57,007 nt of DNA from Pseudomonadota bacterium (GTDB lineage Bacteria > Bdellovibrionota > FAC87 > UBA2466), in assembly GCA_043718025.1 (NCBI GenBank), contig JAYSWN010000144.1:1-57007 (forward strand), written 5' to 3'. The position numbers were made by a program, and so were the translations under genes. The notes below the pieces were generated by a model. That model was not told where the DNA came from. It was given only the letters and a program-made list of their open reading frames with translations, and searched no databases. Of this stretch, positions 46,672 through 56,900 are shown piece after piece. Position 1 is the stretch's first letter, and each line of letters begins with the position of its first letter.

Positions 46672-47373
46672 TTACTGTTTTCGGTAACGGAGATCGATCG
46701 TTCGAAAGTTTCCGTTTGCATCGGCGATAATGGGCGGGCCCCGGTAGGCAACCAGACTCATTCCGTCGTGGGCAAAGTAGAAGCTCACTTCGGGGGCAAA
46801 GAGGCGTATGAAAAATTGGTCGTAAGCCAGCGAAACCCCGATGCTCTTTTCGTTGTTTTCAAAAAGTTTGAGCCGAAAAGGGAAGTCATCCAATTGCGCG
46901 GGGGAAATCACTCGCACCTGCAGTGATTTGCCATCTTTGATCTGAGAAAACAGATCACGCGCGTAGTAAAAACAGCCCGGTCCCGCCACCGTTTTTTCGG
47001 GGTCTATCGCTATGGTCTCAGACTTTTCTTTGTTTGGGTGCGAGCGGACCCACACTTTCGCACTTAGGCCATTGTTATCAAGCGTCAGGCGGTAGCTATG
47101 ATCGTGGCGAAAATCGTTCACTTCGAAATCGGGCACATAAAGTGATTTAGAAAAATCGGCATTCACCAGCCCAATTTGAACTCCTGCCTCGCTGTAATAG
47201 CGGTGTAAACTCTTCTTAGGCCGTGTCCCCTCAAAAGTGAACTGAGACACTTCACGATAAGCTAGCGTACCGCTGGCATCTCTGGCTTCGCCCACCGTAG
47301 TTTCTAACCGTTCTGCCGCGCGGCCGCCTTGGCCCAAAATTGCAAAAGGGAGTAAGTACCAAAAAAGTCTCAT
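46672..47373 (-). CDS. Secreted hypothetical beta-rich protein
   Basis: Signal peptide from ATG 47373; single long ORF. Confidence 0.7.
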   Translation of the reverse strand: MRLFWYLLPFAILGQGGRAAERLETTVGEARDASGTLAYREVSQFTFEGTRPKKSLHRYYSEAGVQIGLVNADFSKSLYVPDFEVNDFRHDHSYRLTLDNNGLSAKVWVRSHPNKEKSETIAIDPEKTVAGPGCFYYARDLFSQIKDGKSLQVRVISPAQLDDFPFRLKLFENNEKSIGVSLAYDQFFIRLFAPEVSFYFAHDGMSLVAYRGPPIIADANGNFRTIDLRYRKQ

Positions 47374-47480
47374 ATTAGATCGGCAGCCTAACGCTATTTT
47401 GAAAAATTGAAACGAAAACTGAACGGAATTTACCCGTGGCGGAAAAAAACTCTCTGCCCGCGAAAGCCACATCTCTTGAA

Positions 47481-48014
47481 CTAAAGTGATTTGATGGGGA
47501 TCGCCCACATTTGAATGCTGCCGCATCCTTCGTGCAATCCCACCACGTAGCCACCCACGCCAAACAGACCGTTGGTTTTAACCGGTTCCGTCGCAGATAA
47601 CGTCGTCGTCGCGAGGTTGGCGCGAACCAACTTCCTAGTCGGCTCGATAACGTAAAGAGAGTAAGCCCCGGTTTCGCCGGAGCGGGCCTTCGTCAATTCC
47701 AGTTTCAATTTCTTGCCCTGCCACTCGTACTGCTCTCCACCCAAGCTCTTTAAGAATTGGGCACTATACTTCGCAAATCCTGGTGGACGCGCTTTGACCG
47801 CGCGCAATTTTGAATTTGAAGGATCGAAAGAAAAGAGTTCATCGCGCAGGGGAATTTCTTTAATGCCGGTGTCACCATCCTGAAAGGCGGTGACGCCCAA
47901 GTGTACTAAGACCTGCTTGGTCTTGGGATTCCAGCCAACCACGTTCGCCCGGGTACCAACATCGCAGGCCTGTGCGGCGCAGCTAAAGAGCAATAGGCCT
48001 AGTAGTTTATGCAA
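47481..48014 (-). CDS. Secreted hypothetical protein
   Basis: SD GGAGG, TTG start, signal peptide ending AQA. Confidence 0.7.
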   Translation of the reverse strand: MHKLLGLLLFSCAAQACDVGTRANVVGWNPKTKQVLVHLGVTAFQDGDTGIKEIPLRDELFSFDPSNSKLRAVKARPPGFAKYSAQFLKSLGGEQYEWQGKKLKLELTKARSGETGAYSLYVIEPTRKLVRANLATTTLSATEPVKTNGLFGVGGYVVGLHEGCGSIQMWAIPIKSL

Positions 48015-48079
48015 AAATAACCTCCACTGCGAAGGCGGTTCAAAGACGCCATTCGTGACGACGGAAAACTAAACTCCAT

Positions 48080-49597
48080 TTAAGGAGAGGTCTCCACTGG
48101 CCTCGGGGTCAATGATTTGAGCCTAGCCTTGCGGAACTGATTTTCACTCTGCGGAAAGGCTCGTCGGTGTTTGGTCGATTCGTTGAAGGTGTTGAGATAG
48201 GCTAACTTAACCCTGGTTTCTAAACTGCGTTTCGAATTCTTCGCCTCTTGCTCCATGAGTTCGGCCAGGCCGGAGGCAAAATTTGTTTCGGAAGATCGTA
48301 GCGCCGACAAAAGTTGTTCGGACGCATCGTTTCTAACGTAGTAAGACTCGTGATCCAATCTTTGCAGCCACGGCTCGGCTGCCGCGCGCATCATCCGGCC
48401 TTGCTCTTCCGCCTCGTCTTCCAAGCGCTTTAATAAATCGGCGGCCCAATCTGGGTGCGCTTGCATTGCCCGTTGCGCCTCAAAGCCGGATGAAGACCTC
48501 TCGCCCAGCCACCGCCAAAGAGTCGCCTTGTCATTGGGCAGGGGCGGTCGAGCTGGCGGCAGTAGGCGTTTTGTATCGCCCAAACAGACCTGTCCGTTGC
48601 GGTTGGTAAGGGCTACCCGATCCCCATTTGGAGAGAGCGCAACCCGACTGGCTCCGGAGGGGAACCATTCGCTAAGCGCGATCTTTGCGATGGTGCTGCC
48701 GGTCAACGCTTCGAAGAGAATTAAATGCTCGTCACTTAACGACGCGATTACGGTTCGGTCTAGAGAAAGCGACAGGTCCCAAGTGTGTCTGTTTTTTATA
48801 AACGACTCAGCTCTGTGATCTAGCGGCGAAGGAATGAGCTCTAAACCTCGGTCACTACCGTAGAGAAGGCTTTCGCCATCGGCGGCGAAGAAAACTTTCG
48901 TGGCTATCTCGTTGGCGCGAATTTGAAACCATTGGCGAGAAAAAGACTCAACCGCAATCACCTCAACCGCGGTGTGGGCATCCCGTCCCGACTTACAGGG
49001 GTCGTCCGATCCGTCGTTGGGAAGAATCGCCGTCACTACGGCGCGCGTCCCCTTTTGATTCCAGGCTAACGCTTCGATTCGAAAGCCGTCCCTATTGTCA
49101 TTGGCAGCAAAACGAACACTGCTTAGCAGCTCCCCTGATTCTGCGGCATAACGGAGTAGCTGCTTATCGGTGGCTATCAGTAGGCCTTGCGTGGGGTGGA
49201 AAGCCGCCGCGGTGACGTGGTCAGAAATAGTCAGGGTGTGCCGTAGTGTGCCTAAAGGCAGCTCACGAATCTCATACTGGAAGCGAGCGCTGGGCCCTAA
49301 CAAGTTGGTTAGGAAATAGTGATCGTCGCTGGTAATTACGTGTCGTTTTATCCCTATCCGCGCAGATAGGTCATTTATGCGGGGTTTTCCTGCGGAAAGC
49401 CCCGATATGAGAATGGGGGCGCCCTCACTGGGAATGACGGTCAGGTCACCTGAATCAGCCACCCTGAGCGCTAATGGAGGAGCTTCAAACACTTGCCCGG
49501 TGCAGATTAGCGGCGAAGGCGACCCACTAGGTTCAGCCGGGGCACTTAGGGCCGTTAGCCCTATTGCGAAGCAAACCATTCGACAAAATGAGGTCAT
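48080..49597 (-). CDS. Secreted WD40/beta-propeller protein with helical C-terminus
   Basis: Signal peptide; repeats such as AAFHP, LAWNQKG, VFFAADG and VALSPNG. Confidence 0.75.
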   Translation of the reverse strand: MTSFCRMVCFAIGLTALSAPAEPSGSPSPLICTGQVFEAPPLALRVADSGDLTVIPSEGAPILISGLSAGKPRINDLSARIGIKRHVITSDDHYFLTNLLGPSARFQYEIRELPLGTLRHTLTISDHVTAAAFHPTQGLLIATDKQLLRYAAESGELLSSVRFAANDNRDGFRIEALAWNQKGTRAVVTAILPNDGSDDPCKSGRDAHTAVEVIAVESFSRQWFQIRANEIATKVFFAADGESLLYGSDRGLELIPSPLDHRAESFIKNRHTWDLSLSLDRTVIASLSDEHLILFEALTGSTIAKIALSEWFPSGASRVALSPNGDRVALTNRNGQVCLGDTKRLLPPARPPLPNDKATLWRWLGERSSSGFEAQRAMQAHPDWAADLLKRLEDEAEEQGRMMRAAAEPWLQRLDHESYYVRNDASEQLLSALRSSETNFASGLAELMEQEAKNSKRSLETRVKLAYLNTFNESTKHRRAFPQSENQFRKARLKSLTPRPVETSP

Positions 49598-49683
49598 GAC
49601 CGGCTCCTTGGTTTTATCTGCCCCTTCTCATAGCAGGAGGACGGTTAGGATTGGGTTAATTCTTGAAAGGACGGATGGCTAGA

Positions 49684-50415
49684 TCACACCACTTTCACAA
49701 ACCACGATCGTTCACCGCGAATGCGGGGCAGGGTGATCCCCTCGGGACGTCTGACCCCAATCGCCAACACCATGGGCACTAAGGCGTCGGACGGCAGTTT
49801 GAGTAGGCGCTTCACGCGCGTTGAATCCATGCCCTCCATTGGGCAGGTGTCGAAACCGTGGGCCCGAAAAGCGAGCATCAAGTTTTCGCAGGCGAGGGCC
49901 GTGGATTTTGTCGCCCAGATTTTCATGTCGGAGCGGCTCGCCGGTTCGCGCATCATCGGTTGTTTTAAACCTACCAGGGTGAAAAGAATTTTCTTAAAGA
50001 ATCCCAGAATGCCAAATGGTCCCTGGGTGTAAGCAAAGGGAACTATTTTGTTGTAGTAACTGGTGGCCGCTTTAGGGATACGCGTGCCCGTTGCCGCGTG
50101 CGTTTTCATCTGGGCGATCATGTCGGCTGATCCGCGTCTCCAGGTGTTGGTGCGGGCCACACAAACGATGAGTTCTGCGGCCGTCGCCGCCGCCGCCTGC
50201 GAAAGGCAGGCCTTTACCAGCGCTTCCCGTTTTTCGACCGTACGTACCCAGTGAAACTCCCACGGTTGAAGGTTTGAAGAGTTAGGGGCAAGAAGCGCCA
50301 AATCGAGGCAATTTTGCACCACCGCTTCGGGGACCGGGGTCTTTTCGAACAGGCGGATGCTCCGCCGGCTCTCGACCAATTTCTGAAAGGCTAAGGCCTC
50401 TTCGGTAAATTCCAT
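49684..50415 (-). CDS. Nitroreductase family protein
   Basis: RRSIRLF, APNSSNLQPW, DTCPMEG. Confidence 0.93.
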   Translation of the reverse strand: MEFTEEALAFQKLVESRRSIRLFEKTPVPEAVVQNCLDLALLAPNSSNLQPWEFHWVRTVEKREALVKACLSQAAAATAAELIVCVARTNTWRRGSADMIAQMKTHAATGTRIPKAATSYYNKIVPFAYTQGPFGILGFFKKILFTLVGLKQPMMREPASRSDMKIWATKSTALACENLMLAFRAHGFDTCPMEGMDSTRVKRLLKLPSDALVPMVLAIGVRRPEGITLPRIRGERSWFVKVV

Positions 50416-50551
50416 AAGATCTCTTCGGGGATCATTGCGGAGGTTAAGTTAAATGAGTATCGCTCTCCCGCCAAGGCTAACTGACTGATCAGTGTGTTAA
50501 AATAAAACCTTTCGACACTAAGTGTCTTGCCTATCGAGTGGAGCCAATCCC

Positions 50552-51775
50552 TTGAAACCTCTTTTCGCGCTTCTACTCATCGCTCACTCAGCAATTGCCG
50601 GCGATCCAAAGCCGGTTCAAGGAGTTGGCAAGTTAACGCTGATTCTCAATGGCGCGCAACACAGTGGAACACTCTACGAAGAGACTAAAGATGCCGGCCT
50701 TGGTCCCGACGGAAAAATTGTGGAAACGAAGCGGTACTCTATTTTTTACGTGTCGAGCGACAGCCGACTCCGAAGATACCCCCTCGCTGAAAGTGAAGCG
50801 ACAGAATTTATACAGTCGGTCAAAGCGTTTGCCGATCCCAACACTCGGTATTCGGTGCTGCGCACTACCGATGGCTACACCGCCGGAACGGCCCAAGAGA
50901 TCACCGTTTATGCAAAAGAAGGCGGGGGGCTTTCGCGCTACAGCGACTTACCTAGAAAAAATCAGCAGAGACTTGACCCTAAATACCGTGCGGCGAATCC
51001 AATCTTTACCAGCGTCAGGTACAGTATTACGGACGCCGAACGGGAAAACAAACCAGGCACTTCAACCACGGATGCTCACGGCCGCATTTTAATGAACGAA
51101 GATGGTCGTGTGAATTACATGACCTATTCAAAGGGGATTGACGTCCATGATGTCCGACTTGAGGACGGGCAGTCTACCTTGGCGGGGGTCTTTCCCTCGG
51201 TCGCCGATGCCATCGCCAGATCACTGCGGGGAGAGACGGCGCAGCTCCGCTTCGCCGCCGATTTTGGGCCGCAATACAATGGGGTGGCCGTAGAGGGAAA
51301 GGCGAGGGCGAATCAGTTGATGCCGCTAATACCCTTGGGACAGGTTACCAATCCGCACACTAAAGAAATACTGGTGGTGGCCTTACCGCCCGACATGTTG
51401 AAAGACTATAAAAATGGCCGGGTAAAACTCAGTAAGCTGTTGCTCATCCCCCCTTCGGCAATTCGCTACGTGCCATCGGTCGAAAAATGGAACCACGTGA
51501 TCGATGACTATCTAGAGCTGCGATCTACCGGACGCGCGGCGGAGCGAATTTTTGTCGCCAACCGCAAAACAGTTCGGACCGGGGGAGAGAGTAATACCGG
51601 AAGCCTCACGGCCGGTGATATCTTTTCGCAAGTGGGTGGTGGTGGACTGGAGGAGAGTTTAAGAAGTTTGAGATCCGGCGTGCCGGACGCGCTTCTAGAT
51701 ATGGAGCCCCAGTCGAAGCCAAACAAATCGGGATCATCGGGACCCTGCAAGCTAGACGGTCTGCCGTTGCACTAA
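50552..51775 (+). CDS. Secreted hypothetical protein
   Basis: SD GGAG, TTG 50552, signal peptide ending AIA; single C-terminal Cys. Confidence 0.7.
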   Translation: MKPLFALLLIAHSAIAGDPKPVQGVGKLTLILNGAQHSGTLYEETKDAGLGPDGKIVETKRYSIFYVSSDSRLRRYPLAESEATEFIQSVKAFADPNTRYSVLRTTDGYTAGTAQEITVYAKEGGGLSRYSDLPRKNQQRLDPKYRAANPIFTSVRYSITDAERENKPGTSTTDAHGRILMNEDGRVNYMTYSKGIDVHDVRLEDGQSTLAGVFPSVADAIARSLRGETAQLRFAADFGPQYNGVAVEGKARANQLMPLIPLGQVTNPHTKEILVVALPPDMLKDYKNGRVKLSKLLLIPPSAIRYVPSVEKWNHVIDDYLELRSTGRAAERIFVANRKTVRTGGESNTGSLTAGDIFSQVGGGGLEESLRSLRSGVPDALLDMEPQSKPNKSGSSGPCKLDGLPLH

Positions 51776-52929
51776 TCGGCAAGCATCTCATCGCACGTGG
51801 AATCGTCCGGTGCCCCGTACGTTAGCCTACGAAAAACGCTCTTAATCGGTTTCCAAAAGAGTGCCAAGGCCCCACTGCCCATCAACACGCCGTAGCCTAC
51901 TTCGGAATAGGGGCCCGATACGGCCATGTACTTGAGCACCGCCGTAGCCACAATCGCCAGCACCCCCATCTTCAAGTTTAAGTTGGCGTCGCTCGTTTTA
52001 TGCTCTCGCTGATCGTTTAAAAACTTTACGCCCCAAAACAGTTGAGAAAGAACGTAGACGGTGGCGCCCCCGACCAACTGACCCCATTCAAGTGGGGTGA
52101 CCGGCAGGCCGCCGGGTTTTGCCACTTCCACCGCAAGCAACGAGAGGTAAGAGTAAAAACTGATGAAAACAATTCCCTTGTACAGGGCGGCTGCCGCAAG
52201 GTGCAGTTGGCTCTTCGGCGCGATCAGCCCCTCCCAGGGAACCGTCGAGTTGTACCAAAGTTTCAAAAAGGAGATCGCAGTAGAGGCACCGTACGCCGCA
52301 GTCGCCGATAGCAAAGTCGCGCGTATCGCCAGCTCGGAGGGAATGTGATGGCTATAGATCAGACCATAGTAAGTGATTCCCCCGGCCACCAATCCGCGCA
52401 CTAAACTCACGGCCTGAAACGGAAACGAGGTAATATTTTTTCCGGTATCCAGCGCCCCCTTTTTCCACACCCGCACCTGCGCCAGTAGATACGGAACTTG
52501 CGGTTGGGGAGCCGTAACCGTATCGGGAACGGGCATCTCCCTCGGCGCCAGTGCGGCACCCGTCGCCGTCACCGCCGCGGCATTGAGCGCAAAGACGCCA
52601 GTCGGGGCATCAGCCTCGACGCCATTTACCACGATCACTTCGGTGAGGGGGACCGGCACTCCGCCATTTAGTGCGGCCGCCGTTTGCTCCGCCGTTCCCA
52701 AGTTAACGCTCGCCGAAACAATGGCTTGAGTCACCTCGACGGAGGAGGCGCTTTGCCCTGGGTTTGCAGCAGCAACGGGCAGGGTATAGCGAATTAGGGA
52801 ACGAATCGGTGGGGCGGCTTCGTCTTTATCGCCCGGCTCGGCAAACGCCGAGGTTAATGGGGCGAGCAGAAAAAAAACGAGCAGTCCGAATCTTATTGAA
52901 AGCGCATTCAATCCAAATGCTAGCGACAT
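51772..52929 (-). CDS. Secreted or membrane hypothetical protein with several C-terminal TM helices
   Basis: Signal peptide ending AFA, Ala/Pro-rich region, 5-6 hydrophobic helices, single C-terminal Cys. Confidence 0.7.
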   Translation of the reverse strand: MSLAFGLNALSIRFGLLVFFLLAPLTSAFAEPGDKDEAAPPIRSLIRYTLPVAAANPGQSASSVEVTQAIVSASVNLGTAEQTAAALNGGVPVPLTEVIVVNGVEADAPTGVFALNAAAVTATGAALAPREMPVPDTVTAPQPQVPYLLAQVRVWKKGALDTGKNITSFPFQAVSLVRGLVAGGITYYGLIYSHHIPSELAIRATLLSATAAYGASTAISFLKLWYNSTVPWEGLIAPKSQLHLAAAALYKGIVFISFYSYLSLLAVEVAKPGGLPVTPLEWGQLVGGATVYVLSQLFWGVKFLNDQREHKTSDANLNLKMGVLAIVATAVLKYMAVSGPYSEVGYGVLMGSGALALFWKPIKSVFRRLTYGAPDDSTCDEMLAD

Positions 52930-53053
52930 GGGTAGGGGTCCCTTTCGGGCGCGACATAACCACAAAAGGGCAGGGGGGCACAAGCGTGGGGTTTATTGGG
53001 GACGAAGAAAACCGACCAAAGCCTGCCTTTTGAGTGAACCGGCGGTAAATCAA

Positions 53054-53908
53054 TTATCGGGGGGCCGCGGTGGCGCCCTTGGTATCGCCTTTAGTTTCAC
53101 TTTCGGTGGTTTTGGCCGCAGGAAACGGATCGAGGGTCACCGTGATACCGAGCATGATCGTGCTGCCGAAGTTTGAGTTGTTGGACAGTTTGTTGCCCAG
53201 AGTCGCCGGGGTCTTGCTTAAAATCGACTCCTGGTACCAAAAGAGCTTGTAATGGATGTTGATGCCGATGGTTTGATTGATGTGATAAATCTGGCCGATG
53301 CCGGGCATGAACGCCAGGTTGCTGCCCGACTCCGTCGATACGATTCCCAGCCCGCCCGAAAGGTAGGAGTCGAAATATAAAATGGTTGAACCAAAGAGAC
53401 TCACCTTACCGTAGAGCAGGCTCCATCGAGTGTCGGCCGTGAGCCAAGACTTTTGCTGATTGGTGGCCGCCGTCGAGCCCGACTGGGCTTCAAGCTGCTT
53501 TAAGGCGCTGGAGGGGCCCACCAAGTTTTTGGTGTAGCCCAGATGAAACGAAAAGAGCTCCGAAAAATGGTAACCCAAAGTTGCGCTTAGGCTGGTGTTG
53601 ACCAAGAAAGGGTCGCTCGACACTGAGCCGAATAAAAAGCCCAGTTCAAATTTGCGCCGGTTGGTGAACAGGCGATTTTGCACTACGCCAATTTCTGACT
53701 CATCGCCGCGCGCCCAGTATTTTTCTTGAATCTGTTCAACGTCGGTCTCTTTGGGGCCTTTGGCACTTGGGGCGCCGGCGCTAGGAATTGCCACTTCGGT
53801 TGGGCCCGAACTTTTCTTGCCCTTGGCAAAACCGGTCTGCGGGTTCAATAAAATTACCGCCAATAAAAGGAAACTGATCTGCGCTAAATTAAAACTTCGG
53901 TATTTCAT
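53054..53908 (-). CDS. Outer-membrane beta-barrel protein, GltA/GltB-like
   Basis: Signal peptide, VVQNRLF..RRKFE, DPF, YHFSE and LLYGK motifs typical of myxobacterial/Bdellovibrio Glt OM barrels. Confidence 0.8.
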   Translation of the reverse strand: MKYRSFNLAQISFLLLAVILLNPQTGFAKGKKSSGPTEVAIPSAGAPSAKGPKETDVEQIQEKYWARGDESEIGVVQNRLFTNRRKFELGFLFGSVSSDPFLVNTSLSATLGYHFSELFSFHLGYTKNLVGPSSALKQLEAQSGSTAATNQQKSWLTADTRWSLLYGKVSLFGSTILYFDSYLSGGLGIVSTESGSNLAFMPGIGQIYHINQTIGINIHYKLFWYQESILSKTPATLGNKLSNNSNFGSTIMLGITVTLDPFPAAKTTESETKGDTKGATAAPR

Positions 53909-53916
53909 GATTCTTC

Positions 53917-56900
53917 CTATTTTGCTTTCCTGAGCGTGGCGTACTTTTCTTTGTTTGAGCAGTTGTCCACGATATTTGCCGCGGCATTTCCTACTTCGTC
54001 GTCCCAGACCTCGCGTTTTCCATTTTGTGAGACCGTCGTCGTTCCCCAATCGTAAACACCGTCGGCGGCGGGCGATCGGGTCTCAAATTTGCCGTCTTTG
54101 ATCGCTGCCGCGTATTCGGGGTTGGCGTTCTGCCACACCAGATCTTTACCGGCCCCGTGCCAGATCTCGGCCTCGACCAGATCAATATTTTTAGCGACGG
54201 CTTCAAGCTGCTTCAGCATGCGCTCGCTCAACGCCTTGAAAGTCACTTCGATACGGGCCATGAGGCGCTCGCGATGGCGCGGAGCCCCTTCTTTAAAGTG
54301 TTTGAGCGTTTGAATCCAGACGGCCAACGACTTGGCCAGCTGCGCTTTGCGCGCTTCGGTGATCTGAAGCAAAGTGGTCAAGCGCGCCATCTCGGGGGAC
54401 GGCATCTCGAGCTTGGCAGACTGCGGCCGCGTCACCGCACCCGCCTTGCCGCCGGTTTGAATTACGGCCGCTGCGAATTTAGCGCATTCCTTGGACACTT
54501 CGGCGGCCTGGGTTGCTTTTTCCTTCGCGTCGAGGGCCGCCTTCTTGGCATTTAGCGACGCCAGCTCGGTCGCCTGCACCTTGGCTTTGGCCTCGGCAAC
54601 TTTATCCGCTCCGTTTTTGGCCGCCTGGGCGGCAACCGCAATGTTCGCCAGGGCCTCGGCGGCCCGTTTTGCCGCGTGTTGGGCGAGTAAATTCAGTTTT
54701 CCGCTCTGTTCACTGCGAGCCATCACAGTCTTGGTGCGCGACTGCACCAGCGGCTCCATTTTTAGGAGCCGTTCTTTCGCCGCCATGGCGATGGCGCGCA
54801 GTTTGCGGCTTTCGGCTTCCGCCGCGTTGGCCTCGGCGCGGGTCTCGGTGGCAAGCTTATCGCTTGGTTGGACCGACTCCGCCAGTTTCAGAAAGGTGGT
54901 TTGGGCTATCGCCGCGATCTTAGCACTGCTTACTGCCTCACGATCGAGTTTGGCGTGCCGTTGTTTGGCGGTCGCGGCCTTGGTTGCCGCCGCGGTCGCT
55001 ACGGTGGCGGCTTTTTTTGCCGCGCTTTCGGTGGTGGCGGCAATCTTTTTAGCACTACGGGTGTCAGTGGCGTTCTTTTTCAACTCTTCGAGAGACAGGG
55101 TAATTTCGCGCGCGAGAGTCTCGGCCTCAACCAGTTTGCGTTTGCCGGCGTCAACACTTGCCTGCAGGGCGGCGAAGCTTTCGGCGACCAACGCCGCTCG
55201 TTTTGCCTCCTCGCGGGCCCGCGCCTCGGCAAGATTTGCCTCGGTAATAATCTGCAAGGCTTTTTCAAAAGCGTCGAAGGCGTTGGAGCCGGCCGCTTTT
55301 ACCGCGCGGGCCCGTGCCGCCGCCGCCGCTTTGGCGCTCGACTGCGAACTGAGAACCGATCGGCTAACCGCCGCCTCGCTAGCGGCCAATCGTTTGTCGT
55401 CGGCCTCATAGTTAAGTTGAGCGCGGCGCAACCGATCCTCGGCGGCGATCTTGTCAGTTCGCGCTTTGTCCCACGCCTTTTCCCATTCGGCGTCGGCCGT
55501 TTTAGAGCTTACGCCGCCACCGACAGCTTTTTTGAGCGCCTCACGCAATGCACTGGCGGCGGCCTTCGCCTCTTCGCGGGCCTTCAACGCCGTCGCCTTG
55601 GCGTCGGCGTGCTCACGCGCCTCGGTATCCAGTATCAATTTTGCTTCCGCCGCTTTTTTTGCGAGCGTGTCCGCGTCGGCGGCGGTTTTTTTTGCCTTCA
55701 CTTCCCATTTTTGCAGGGGCAAGAACGCGAGTTGCCTTTTGCGCTCGGCCTCTTTCGCGGCCAGATCGATAAGGCGGGTCATGCGCTCGCTGAGGGTCGC
55801 TTTTTCATCGGCAAAATTTTCGGCGATTTTGGCGGGAAGTACCAATGCTTTGGCGGCCGCTTCTGCCGACTCGGCGGCGGAGAGGGCGGCTTTGGCGTCG
55901 ATTAACTGTTTGGAGACGACTTTAGATTCTTCGGCAAGTTTTTGGCTAATGGCCGGGGCTTCATTGGCGCGCTTGGTGTCGGCTTCGGCCGCGGTTGCCG
56001 CTTTAGTGGCGTCACGAATGGATTCTTCGACGGCTTTAACGCTAGCGATAGATTTTTTGGCCAGGTCTTTGGCGGTAAAATCAGCGGCGTTGAATTTTCG
56101 CTGGGTTTCTTTGGCGATTTCGGTCGCCTCACGAATGGTAACCTTGCGGCGCAACGCTTCGAGCCGCACGGCCTCGGCTGCCTCGAAGGCTTCGGCACTT
56201 TTGATGTGCCCCGAAATGGCTTTCTCCTGCTGAAAACTGCCATTGATGGCGCGTTGATTGGTTAAAAAGATTGGTGAGTGAATCCACTCGCTCGCCAGCT
56301 GCGGTGGCACGCTTGTCGCTTGCTTGGTCAAATGCGCAATGGCTTCGGGATAGAGTTCGAGTCTCGTTGCATGAGCTTGCTTGCGTAGCCAGGAGTATGA
56401 GTTTGAATAGAGGCGCTTGAAGGTAGAGAGCATGCGCAGCGCCTCGGGAAATAGGCAAAATTCGTTCAACGCCATCGCCGCCGTCATGTAGGGCTCGGGC
56501 GCAAAAGTGGCGCGCAGTCCGGTTGATTGAAACGCTATAGCCGTGCCCACCACGCGGCGGTGTTCGTTGCGCGCCAAATCTACCCAGCTTTGTTGAATCA
56601 GGGTTTGCACGAAAGCGTTCGAACGTTTATCGACCGTTTCAAGGTAATGGGCCGAGTCGCGGAACTTGCGATCTTGGTAGTAGGCGCGGGCGAGGAGCAA
56701 GCGAATCTCGTTCTTACGGGCCTGCAGCGTGGGCGGAAGATCTTTGGCGTCGGCTAAGCGCTTGAGCGAGCCCATTGCCACTTCCGGCTTCTTGCGGTTC
56801 GCGGCCCAGATCGCCCGGGCGTAGTCTTCGTAGTAGCCGCCGCCGCCAATGTTTTTAAACAATTTAAGGGCGCTTTCCACCGTATCGGCCGACGCCTTTT

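Noticed and set aside
35496..52929. Integron cassette array
   Set aside because: Genes are in mixed orientation, no recurring attC-like site was found and there is no intI
54157..56265. Several long plus-strand ORFs (260-345 aa)
   Set aside because: Antisense shadows of the Ala-rich gene, whose codon usage gives few stops on the other strand; no independent motifs
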